A model generated the notes under the pieces. That model was not told where the DNA came from, searched no databases, and saw only the letters and a list, made by a program, of their open reading frames with translations. Of a stretch of 64,000 nucleotides of DNA, positions 49,489-59,288 are shown piece after piece. Origin of the DNA: a virus (Duplodnaviria > Caudoviricetes); IMG/VR virus record IMGVR_UViG_3300047545_000339, positions 37,214 through 101,213 of that record, one strand, 5' to 3'. A program made the translations under genes and the position numbers. Position 1 is the first letter of the stretch, and each line of letters begins with the position of its first letter.

Positions 49489-51204
49489 TCAGATTTCATC
49501 TTGATCCTTTAAGATAGATAAAACATCATCATATATTTCTTCTAGTGAACCATATGCAACATCTGTTGAAATTCCTAGACCTTCGCACAAAAGTAAATAG
49601 GCATCTTCAATTTCTCTTGAAGCAAGAATTCCAAGATCGTTGTCAGCAAGTGTCGCAGAGCCAGAGGATAGGCAGTATGCTAGTGCAAGTGTTGGACCTT
49701 CATCTATAATAAAATCTTGCCAACCTCTGTCTTGCAGTACCTCTCGATTGTAGTACCAAAAATCTCCCAGGATCTTGCACATATTAGAAAAGGGTGTCTT
49801 GGGCATAACGCTCGTCCTCCTGCAATCTATTTCGCTCAAACTTGATGTGCTCAGTATATTCTATAATACGATCTAATACAATATCTGGATATGCATTTAT
49901 TACTGTATAGAAAGCGACATACATTAGGTCATGGTCTCTAATTCTACCGTCACTAAATACGTCAAGGACTTTCTGTGCTGCCTTCTCGAAACGAGCGCGA
50001 TCTCCTGTATTCATAGTTCCTCCATACTAGCAGAAAGGGGGCAGAGTGTCAAGACCCTACCCCCTCTCATTTGTGAGAATTTATCGGGTGGCGATGGATG
50101 GAGCCTTACGAAGACCTGTAAGATTAACAGAATCAACAAACTTACCATTCTCATCACGAATAACTACGCGCTCTTGCTGTCCGTAGCGTGTGTCCCACTT
50201 CTCAAGGTAGGTGAACTTCTTTGCCATATTTTTCTCCTTAGTTAGGTGTAATCAGATATATTTTATACTACAATTAAACAGTTGTCAAGTACTTTGAGAA
50301 CCTATTTACAAAATCCTCAAGACCCATAGCAAACTTGGGGGTTCGATTAAGAAAATCAGTATTTGTGGTATTCCAATCTGCCTCATAGAGAGAAACAGCC
50401 TGAGCCTCCCAATCAACAATGGGAACAGAATGCTCATTGTCTCCGAATGAAGTAGAGATACCCCAACCTGTTTCCTCATTCCACTCATCACCAATGATTT
50501 GTGAAATACAAATTCTTGTTGCATATGACTCATCTTCCCAACGTGGACGAGCCTTATTGATGGCGGTAGCCAGAGTATTCATCATACCCTCGCCTGCCCA
50601 ATGTCCATACAGAAAAATAATAGATCCATCTGCCTGACGGAATCCAAAGTTTGCACGATCACCCATATTATTCCTTTGATAGTAGTTAGGTAAAACTTAT
50701 TATAAAACTATTCAATTGTCAAGGGTTAATCTTCTATAACTTCCCCCAAATTTAGTTCTTCTTCCAATTTGCAGTCATGACAGTAGAGGTATGCGGCAGT
50801 GACCTCAAGGATTTCTTTAGCATCCTGCTCAATTGTTTCAGCATATAAATGTCCATTAATTTCAACTATCTCTGTGATATACCTTGCATCATGGTTTTCA
50901 ATCAGAGACATGCTTGTCTTATGATCCTTGTGTGCTGCCAGGAATTCCTGGGTTCCTTCTCTGTTTGCCACGATTACTCTCCTTCTAGAATCTTAAGAAA
51001 ATCTTCTTCTTTCATCCAATACTTATCTGGGTACTCATCAAATGGTTCTGATACAGATTCCCATGAGCATATCTCACCATCTTCTACATATGAAGTAACC
51101 TCGTTAATTGTGTTTAACCACTGATTATCTACTACAAGAGTTATTCGATATGCCTTGACTTTTTCCATCATATTCCCTTCATTTGGATAATGCGATCCTA
51201 GCAC
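49489..51204 (-). other. Leftward small hypothetical ORFs (49489-49839, 49784-50014, 50081-50227, 50274-50666, 50726-50971, 50974-51204)
   Basis: RBS-bearing ORFs, several with own TTGACA..TANNNT promoter; 50274 ORF 'MGDRAN...FLYGHWAG'. Confidence 0.6.
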
Positions 51205-51224
51205 TTCATTGCTGTGTTGTCAAG

Positions 51225-51298
51225 TGGGGCATGTAGGACTCGAACCTACGACTACCGAATTATGAGTTCGGGGCTCTAACCTGCTGAGCTAATGCCCC
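51225..51298 (-). tRNA. tRNA with CAT anticodon (Ile2 or elongator Met)
   Basis: GGGGCAT/ATGCCCC acceptor, CCGAA-CT-CAT-AA-TTCGG, GTTCGAGT T-loop. Confidence 0.88.
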
Positions 51299-51304
51299 TA
51301 GGTA

Positions 51305-53687
51305 CTAGATCCTACCTAGTACGTTATGGAAGCCAAGGTCATAGACATACATCTCAGTCTGACTCCATGCACTTTCGCCATAAAACAATTTAGATACCTT
51401 CTTACCTTCAACGGGTGTATAGATAACTTTGTAAAAATCAGGGAATGGCTCTCCCCTATAGACTTCTATGTCACCATTAAATGAGTCCCCCCGCCAATGA
51501 TGGGTACAACTGTCAGTAAAGATCAAGTCCCAAAACTTAACAGACTTTACGCTAGGACGCTTAGAGGGACGGTAATGCAATGTGGAATTCATCATACTCC
51601 TCGTCATTGTTGTGTATAACGTAGTCTAGTCCATCATGGTGCAATTCGTCAAGGTACTTGAGATAATCTTTCTCAGTTGTTATATCAAATAAGAATTCAT
51701 CTCCCCATGGATCACCTATAACAGATTGGAATACCTCCCAATACCTAGTGATGTTATTTGGATCATGATGATCATTACACTCATAAATGTGTATCATCTT
51801 TATGACTCCCTATCTGATACAGCCTCAACAATTTGGTCAATTAAATAATCTGATATCTCTTCTGATCCTAAATCATTGTGTTCCATATGATTCACAATAT
51901 CAATCCACTCATCTTCTGTCAATGGGTCTGTGTCAGCAAACTGTTGTGATAAATCAGAATCCCACCAAAGAATATAAATCTCTTCATCTGGCTTGTAGTT
52001 CTTAAGCATTTCTATTGCCTTGCTAGCCTTCATAGGTCTGATCCATTCTCGTCCTGAAAGATAAGATTATTAGTTCCAAAATAATCTGCTGCATCTTCCT
52101 CAATATAGTTTACAATTGTCTCAATGTCAATGTCTGAATCTTCCATACCCTGATACTTTAGGTCTGCAACAACCTGCGGCACATCATATGTCAATAAAGC
52201 CATTGCGTTAATTCTTTTAGGTAAATTATTGCTGTTCGTCATAAAAATAATCACCATTCTCATCTGTATGCAAAACAAAATCTATACCGTCAGACATAAG
52301 GTTGTCAAGGTATGTTTCCAATTTTTCTTTATTTTCTAAGGTACTGATGAATGACTCAGTTTCCTCATCAATAAGGATGTTATAGACTTCGTAGTAAATA
52401 TCACCGCGACCTGAGTCCATTTCATAAATATGAATCATTGTGACTTTCTCCATTGTTCTTCAGCATAATCAAAATCAAATTCCAATTGCTCGTAGTTCAC
52501 TAAACCTCCTCTGTTGGATTATTGCGATCATACCACTCATCTAGCATTTCCACAAGCCCCCACAGAATGCTGTCTTCATCATTCCAAATAAGATTAATTA
52601 ACTCCAATCTTTGTTTGTTTAGTAATTCAGGATCAACATTTCTAAATAGAACGGTACGCACTATGCTTCCTCAATTGTATATACTTCTACATTTGTAAAC
52701 TCATACGTCAAACCCTCGGACATAACTCCCGTGGTATCTGTAAAGAGTTCCAAAGCCATTTCTCTTGCATCTTCTGGACTATCTGCCTCAATGAGAAAAC
52801 TGTCATCAAAGGTAGCGGTTAAATAGGTTTGATATAACATTATGCCTCCTGAAAGTTGTAGTAGTACCTTATACCATCATGCTCATTAAAGTCAAGTGAT
52901 CCACGCACACCGTCTTCCTTGCGTTCTACGATAGCCCAACCCATAGCAAAGCCCTTGACTGTGTATTTATCTAACATTTCATCTTTGGTAAGCATCTCTT
53001 CCACCTCTTCATTATCGTCAATTAGAATATCATGGAACTCATTCTCATTCCAAGGAACCTCGCAGATAAAGTATCCTAATCTATTTACAAATGAATAACC
53101 ATTGGAGATGAGTGTCTGACCTTCGTCACCCTCCAACAATGTCCAGACAAAATTGTCGGGGGTAGACTGAACAAACTCCACCTCTTCCCCATATGTCTCA
53201 AACATAGTTCCATTCCAAGATGCATTGGAATCTAGATGATTAGTCTTAGGCTTATAGGTTTCTAGCCATTCATCTTCAGTCATTATGCCTCCTCAGCATC
53301 AATACTAAGATCATATTGGAAGATATCTACTTCCCAGTCATCTGCACCACGATCAGAGAAACTAAACTCAATATGATCCTCAATGTCATTGATCTCTGCG
53401 TCAAGGGGCATCTCAATATTTCCACGGTATACAACATGAATCTCCACAGCATACTGCTTAGTAAGAGATATGTCAAGCATATCTGCAATAACTGTTATGT
53501 CAGTAGGAATATATTCTTCTACTTCATACATACTTTTGATATGTTCTTTGACATAGTAAATCTTTGTCGTTGCCTCAAGAAGTTGTTTTCGGTATCCAGA
53601 TATTTGATCGTCTTTGCTTATTAAAGTTTTTTCTAGTAATTCTATCTTAGCAATCAAATCATTACGATCTTTGGCGGTATCTAACAT
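51305..53687 (-). other. Leftward array of small acidic hypothetical ORFs (incl. 51561-51797, 51800-52033, 52226-52453, 52840-53283, 53283-53687)
   Basis: Coupled acidic ORFs; 51561 and 52226 ORFs both contain 'MIHIYE'. Confidence 0.55.
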
Positions 53688-53860
53688 AACTCTCCTTCAT
53701 TAGATGGTAAACCAACCCTATAACAGAATATAAAAAATGTCAAGCAAAAATTGGCGATTTTTTGGGAAAGTTCTTAATGGTTCGTAAATGATTATTTATT
53801 TATATTTATATAAGAAATAGGCCCGGCCCGCAGCTGCCTATTTTGTCAAGTGATGGGGGG

Positions 53861-53888
53861 TGAGCAGTTTAGACACATGCTCAGGTGT
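53861..53888 (-). ncRNA. Predicted compact H-type pseudoknot 3' of the DUF932 gene
   Basis: Minus strand ACAC-C-UGAGCA-U-GUGU-CUAAAC-UGCUCA: S1 ACAC/GUGU, S2 UGAGCA/UGCUCA. Confidence 0.5.
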
Positions 53889-53894
53889 TTTGAT

Positions 53895-54890
53895 TTACGC
53901 GAACGCGACTGTGTTTACAGTTTCCAACATTTTATTCTTTGTTGAGTTAGTCACTGCATCGAAACCACTAGCAGCAGCAAGGACAGACTCTGCATTACCA
54001 CCGCGAGGATTGCGATACCAGTCTAGTCGTTCTGTCATTGCGTTGTAAGCACCCCACGCAGTGCCCTTGATGTTTACGCATGTCTCACCAAAGTAGATAC
54101 TGTTTAGCGTATCAATTTTGTTTTCCCACTTTGTGAGAGCACCCTTGACATCTTCCTCAGGCTTTGGATAAACAGCAGTGATGATCTCGAAGAATTGCTT
54201 GTCGCTGATTTCTTTTTCGATCATTTCGTTTGCAATCTTATCGAATTCATCAAGATACTTGTTCGCCATGCCAAGTGCCTCGCGTGCAGCCTGCACCTTG
54301 CCATTGAGCGTCTGAGTGTGACGAATGCGGAACGATTGCTTAGCACCACGACCCTTATGACCAACAGCCATGTTAAGTGTGTTCTGGCAAACAACACGAA
54401 CGGGAGTGATGCTAGCCTGAATTGCAAGTGAGCCATCGTGTGAAGTGTGGACAAGAAGATAGTTGTTCACCTTGTCACCACGACCCTTAGGATCTAGGTT
54501 GGTCTCACGATCAAGAGCGAGGGAACCAAAGACAACGGTTCCATTCTTGATTGAGCCTGCGGTTTCCCATTGTCCACCGTCAAGAAGGTTATCACCAAAC
54601 TGAAAAAGTTCTTCATTCTGGAGAACCTTGTAACGCTCGCCAACTACACCTAGAACGTCAGTCTCACCATCGAAAGGATTAGTGCGAACGGTCGCAAAGT
54701 AATCACGGTGTGATCTGCCTGGAAGTGCTAATTCCTCCACACGCACATTCCAACCTGAGAGGTGTGCTAGACTGAGCATCTCAGAAGTGGTGACAGGTTC
54801 GTCAATGACAGTGCCCAAGCCATGCCAAGCGGGTTCGCGGAGGGAAGCAAAGGAAGCCATCTCGCCGTATTGTTCTAACATGTGAGCCAT
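53895..54890 (-). CDS. DUF932-family protein
   Basis: 'MAH.LE...PAWHGLG', 'Y..LQN', 'ETAGS..G', 'SHDGS', 'TPVRVVC.NTL', 'RHT'. Confidence 0.88.
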   Translation of the reverse strand: MAHMLEQYGEMASFASLREPAWHGLGTVIDEPVTTSEMLSLAHLSGWNVRVEELALPGRSHRDYFATVRTNPFDGETDVLGVVGERYKVLQNEELFQFGDNLLDGGQWETAGSIKNGTVVFGSLALDRETNLDPKGRGDKVNNYLLVHTSHDGSLAIQASITPVRVVCQNTLNMAVGHKGRGAKQSFRIRHTQTLNGKVQAAREALGMANKYLDEFDKIANEMIEKEISDKQFFEIITAVYPKPEEDVKGALTKWENKIDTLNSIYFGETCVNIKGTAWGAYNAMTERLDWYRNPRGGNAESVLAAASGFDAVTNSTKNKMLETVNTVAFA

Positions 54891-55060
54891 ATTTTCTCCT
54901 TATTAGTAATTTATTTGATGTGATAACTATATATCCTGAGACTGACATTTGTCAATAGTTATTTAAAAAATCTACCAGTTTTTTGGTGTGGTCTTAATCA
55001 CATCGTAAAAGCTTGACAAATCTAAGATTCGGGGGCCGGGATTTTTCTGCATAAAATAAG

Positions 55061-55511
55061 AAGCCCCCCTAGCAAGGAGCAACGGTGGGTGGGGATGCTC
55101 AACTCACTAGGGGGACGTTTGTGTAGTGTTTATGTATCACAGATTCTCATGAGATCTCTCCTTCCACTACTCGCGATCCTGATGGGATTTGAACCCACGA
55201 CCTTCACCGTGACAGGGTGACGAGCACTCCGCTGCTCTACAGGACCTAGAGTGAAAGGGTATCTAGGCTTTATCCCTTTCAGTTTTACATGCAGTGAGAC
55301 AAAACATTTTTTGTCATATCTCTATTATGTTAGTACACTAGACTGCAAGTGGGGAAGCGAGTCGAACGCATGAATCCCTGATTCACACTTGCCGCAGCCC
55401 AATGGCTTTGTCTAGGTCGCATATCCCCAAGTTAGAAAATGTGGGTATAGTTTAAGATACCTGAACATCATGATTAGCATTATAACGCCGTTCGTGTATC
55501 CCCACATTTCC
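55061..55511 (-). ncRNA. Cluster of six stem-closed candidate small RNAs around tRNA-Asp
   Basis: Closing stems 55065/55114, 55123/55170, 55252/55281, 55290/55347, 55351/55428, 55435/55511; no credible ORF. Confidence 0.5.
55174..55246 (-). tRNA. tRNA-Asp(GTC)
   Basis: GGTCCTG/CAGGATC acceptor, TCACC-CT-GTC-AC-GGTGA, GTTCAAAT T-loop. Confidence 0.9.
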
Positions 55512-55546
55512 AAGCCACTATTTATTTATTTTGACATTGTATCAAA

Positions 55547-55693
55547 TTACTTGACAGTTGTCCAGCGTTCTCCGTTTACCGTCATAAGACGAACGCGAAC
55601 AGATCCTGAAGGATTCTGGACAATTTCCTGTACCGTTCCTTCGACTCCGCTCTTGAGAGTTGTGAACTGTGAGCCAACAGTGAGTGTAGACAT
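55547..55693 (-). CDS. Small beta-rich protein (not in ORF track)
   Basis: MSTLTVGSQFTTLKSGVEGTVQEIVQNPSGSVRVRL...WTTVK; GAAAGG RBS; TTGACA-N18-TAAGGT promoter. Confidence 0.65.
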   Translation of the reverse strand: MSTLTVGSQFTTLKSGVEGTVQEIVQNPSGSVRVRLMTVNGERWTTVK

Positions 55694-55783
55694 TTTGCTT
55701 CCTTTCGATTGTTTGTTTGTAGTAGAACCTTATCAGATAGGTGGGGTACTTGTCAAGGACTTTCCCCCACCGTTATCAAATTG

Positions 55784-56269
55784 TTACCAAGAGGCTTGGT
55801 AGTAGATTTCCCATTCCCAGTTATCCTCAGGAATAGTAGAGAGAACATGGTCAATCATTGTGACGGTATCTTTGAGATCTTGCATGTAGTATTCGTCAAT
55901 CTCATACCCGCCAAAGAAAAATCCTTCGACAGGTGGGAGAATGTCTCCAGCCATGGCAGGTTGAGAAACAGCGGCATTGCAAAGATTACGCAACTCTACC
56001 AATTTCTCACGCGGTACAGGAATCTCTTGGCACTCATCTACACCACCAGCCAATTCATTAACGAACCAACCATGAATAGCATTTGCCTTACGCCAATATC
56101 CAATAGGATAAGAAACACTTATACCAGAAAACTGTGAATACTTTGTCAAGTCTTTGGGAGCAATCGAGGCAATGATATCAAACTCAGGATTAATTTTGAT
56201 ATTCTCACGATCTGAATAGTCATTCTTGCTGAAGTACTTGCGAGCACTTAGATACATATCGAGTCCCAT
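55784..56269 (-). CDS. Conserved phage hypothetical protein
   Basis: 'MGLDMYL...YWRKANAIH.WF...GFFFG...Y..DL..T...YQASW'. Confidence 0.75.
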   Translation of the reverse strand: MGLDMYLSARKYFSKNDYSDRENIKINPEFDIIASIAPKDLTKYSQFSGISVSYPIGYWRKANAIHGWFVNELAGGVDECQEIPVPREKLVELRNLCNAAVSQPAMAGDILPPVEGFFFGGYEIDEYYMQDLKDTVTMIDHVLSTIPEDNWEWEIYYQASW

Positions 56270-56336
56270 TTGGAACCACCCTTTCCGTTGTTGTTAGTGA
56301 AACCCTATCATAGGGGGCTGACATTTGTCAAGACTT

Positions 56337-56537
56337 TTAGTTGTGATCTGTCTCACACAGGACAGGTATGTCTCTGTCGCCAGGTACGGTTAGAATCCTT
56401 TTAAATCCTTCATCATCTACTAGATGAATATCAACCATATCAAGACCATCTACCTTGGTAACTTCATATGTGTTTTCATTTATATAGATAACGTCATTTT
56501 CTTCTAGCCAAGCGGCTTTGATATTAGTTGTTGTCAT
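56337..56537 (-). CDS. Hypothetical protein (leaderless start MTTTNIK)
   Basis: TTGACA-N17-TATGTT-N6-ATG. Confidence 0.55.
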   Translation of the reverse strand: MTTTNIKAAWLEENDVIYINENTYEVTKVDGLDMVDIHLVDDEGFKRILTVPGDRDIPVLCETDHN

Positions 56538-56960
56538 GAATAGAACATACCATATTTTTTTACATATGTCAAGGATATGCAAAAATTGGTGATTTTTTTT
56601 ACAGGTTCTTAAATGAGTTCTTAAAAGATTGACATATACTAGGAAAGGGGTCCGGGCTTTTCACCACCAAAGATCGGCAAAATAAAACGCGGCAATCAAA
56701 AAAATAATTCCAACAATTCCCCTAGTTATTGGCAAACTGTTCACCAATCTGTTTAGAAATTTCATTGTACAAATTAATTATAGTTGTTATATCAAAATCA
56801 CCATGCTCTTGATCATGTGATCGCAAAATTTCTAACAGTGCCTCCCATGCAATTGGGGGTAGATCAATTTTCATTTTTTATTCCTTGTCAATAAATATGT
56901 CTATGATGCTGTCAATAAGAAACCCAGTTATTATTCCAAACAAAAAAGTCATGAAGTATG

Positions 56961-57515
56961 TCATGATGCACTTCCTCTCTTGACAATCCAGATCAATGCT
57001 TGAGCAGTACGAGGTGTCAATCCGAATTCATTCGCAACACTTACAACTGCCTCGCACATTTCACGGTATTGTGTTTTATTAGGTGAATCGAAAGATACGT
57101 TAGCAGCCTTGCACATCCACACATCAATGACTACCGCGTTCTCATCACCTGCAATAGCGCGAGCGAATGCGTTAGTCTTCTGACCCTTGAGCGCATCGAA
57201 TCCCAATTCCAAACTATTGTTAGCCATGGTGAGATTATTGCTTAGACCCTTGACAGGCTTACCACTTGCGAATGCATAAGCCTTGGCAACATTGGATGAC
57301 CAACGCTCACGAGGTGAGAATGCAGATACAACACTCGCACCAACTTCCAAAGACTTGCCTAGCAATTCCGCAACATCTTCCGCAACTTCTTGCGCCTCAT
57401 AGTACCAAACACTAGCAGCCTCTACTTGACCTAGCGTGGCTTGCATGATGAGCGAACGGTACGAATCTGCATAGGTGGACAATTGGACGGGGGTATCAAT
57501 GGTGAGTGTGTTCAT
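56961..57515 (-). CDS. Conserved phage protein with helical, glycosylase-like motifs
   Basis: 'WY..A', 'SAFSPR..W..N', 'G.KT.AF...I.G....VVIDVW', 'QALIW'; leaderless TTGACA..TAGGTT promoter. Confidence 0.55.
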   Translation of the reverse strand: MNTLTIDTPVQLSTYADSYRSLIMQATLGQVEAASVWYYEAQEVAEDVAELLGKSLEVGASVVSAFSPRERWSSNVAKAYAFASGKPVKGLSNNLTMANNSLELGFDALKGQKTNAFARAIAGDENAVVIDVWMCKAANVSFDSPNKTQYREMCEAVVSVANEFGLTPRTAQALIWIVKRGSAS

Positions 57516-59152
57516 GTATTTAACCTATCAGATTAGTCAGAGAATGTCAAGGACTTGTGCTTAGTTTTTCTAGAATATTTATTTTTATTTTTATGAGGCA
57601 TAGCTGCATTAGACCTTCGCAATTCCTGCCAAAATCTAATTTCTTCGCTAGTCTTTTTTCGTGCTTTCATCATGATGATAGTTTATCCTAGTTTTCTTAA
57701 ATTGTCAAGGGCTTTGGCGAATTTTTATAATGTGTCCTTAATCATACTCTAAAAGGTTGACAAGATTGAAAAATCGTGCCGGGCCCAAAAACCCTTATAT
57801 ACCAACGCTTTTCAACGATTTATTTTATACATACACTCCAATGCTTCACCCAAATACTTTTCCACTTCATTGTGATTACCATCAAATAAACTTAGCATTG
57901 CACGTTTGATATTATTCGATGCAAGAAATTCATAGTTGTTTAATTCTTTAACTGATCTCATTCATTACCTCCAAAAAATAAATTGGTCATGTTGTAATTA
58001 TCAATGCGATATCCTTTGTGTTCCATTGGATACACGTTGCAACCTTCAGACATGTCATTGATCATTTCCTCACTAGTTAGCGCAGAATCAATAAGATACA
58101 CTTCATCACTCAATGGAATAAGTGTTCCCGTTCCCTGGTGGTATATAAATAGTTTTTTCATTAGAATGGAACCTCCACAAATTGTGTTTTACCAATATAC
58201 AGTGTGCCATCATTGGCATGAAATACCTTCGATTGATCAAAGGCATTATCCTCAAATACAGAATAAATATCGAGCCAAGCGTGCTCAAAATCTAGTGACA
58301 TTTTCATTTTGATTCCTCTCGACATAGTGGCCAATGCAATGGCCGTGGTGTTGGATTCTCTCGCCAGTTCTGGCATGTTTCGCATGTTTTCATGGTTTCA
58401 CCTTAGCATAGGGGTCTGACATTAGGATACGGGGCAGGGAGTTTTCCAAGCGTTCCAAGATCCTATCTCGCAATTGATACAGCGGTAGCATTCATCGACT
58501 ACCCCAATAACATGCGTGCCAGAATAATCGGCGGTGTGCTTAGGGAGATTTTGGAGGTTAAACATTTTGATCCTTTCGATTTATAAATAAAGATTAGCAC
58601 AGGGGTCTGACATCAGGCTGCTGCGATAGCAGCCCTAGCAGCGTCTACAAAATCATAGATCCAATTCTGTAGTTGTGAATAGGTAGCAATTTCGATACGC
58701 TCAAGACTTGAGCCCTTAGCCAAGTACTGAGACTCGACCCACGCGAACGCTTCGACATCGACCATATTTTTTTCATGGTCTACCCAGGTGGTTACCTCGA
58801 AGGATACAGAATCAACGATGAATTTTTGAGTTTTCATTTTATTACCTTTCATTTATAAGATTAGATTATCATAGGGGTCTGACATTACACCAAAGACAGG
58901 TGCTTGCCAGACTCTCCAATAGTTTGGACATCAAGCACGCGACCAAAGAAGGTAGGGTGCTCGGTTGGGTCACCTGCGGTTTCTACACGCACGGTCTGAC
59001 CATTGGTAAGGGTAACTAGGTAAATAAACATTCTTTATCCTTTCGATCTAGTAACTAGATCCTATCATGGGGGTCTGACATTCACTTTCCAAAATATGTG
59101 TACAAAAGGTATCAAAACGGACATTTGTGATTGTAACGGTTTGATAACGAAG

Positions 59153-59288
59153 TTATCCACAGCTTATCCACTAAAATCTTGTCAAATCGACACACGCAGG
59201 GTTAAATGAATATTAGGTTAACAAATCTCCACAGGTTTTCCACAGGTTCTTAACGTAAGGCCTTAAAGATATCCACAAGTTATCCACA
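59153..59288 (+). promoter_or_regulatory. DnaA-box cluster 1
   Basis: TTATCCACA 59153 and 59280; TTATCCACT 59164; TTTTCCACA 59236; ATATCCACA 59269; ATCTCCACA 59225. Confidence 0.75.

Noticed and set aside
55350-55428. tmRNA
   Set aside because: GGGG...CCCCA ends resemble tmRNA, but the unit is only ~79 nt with no tag reading frame.
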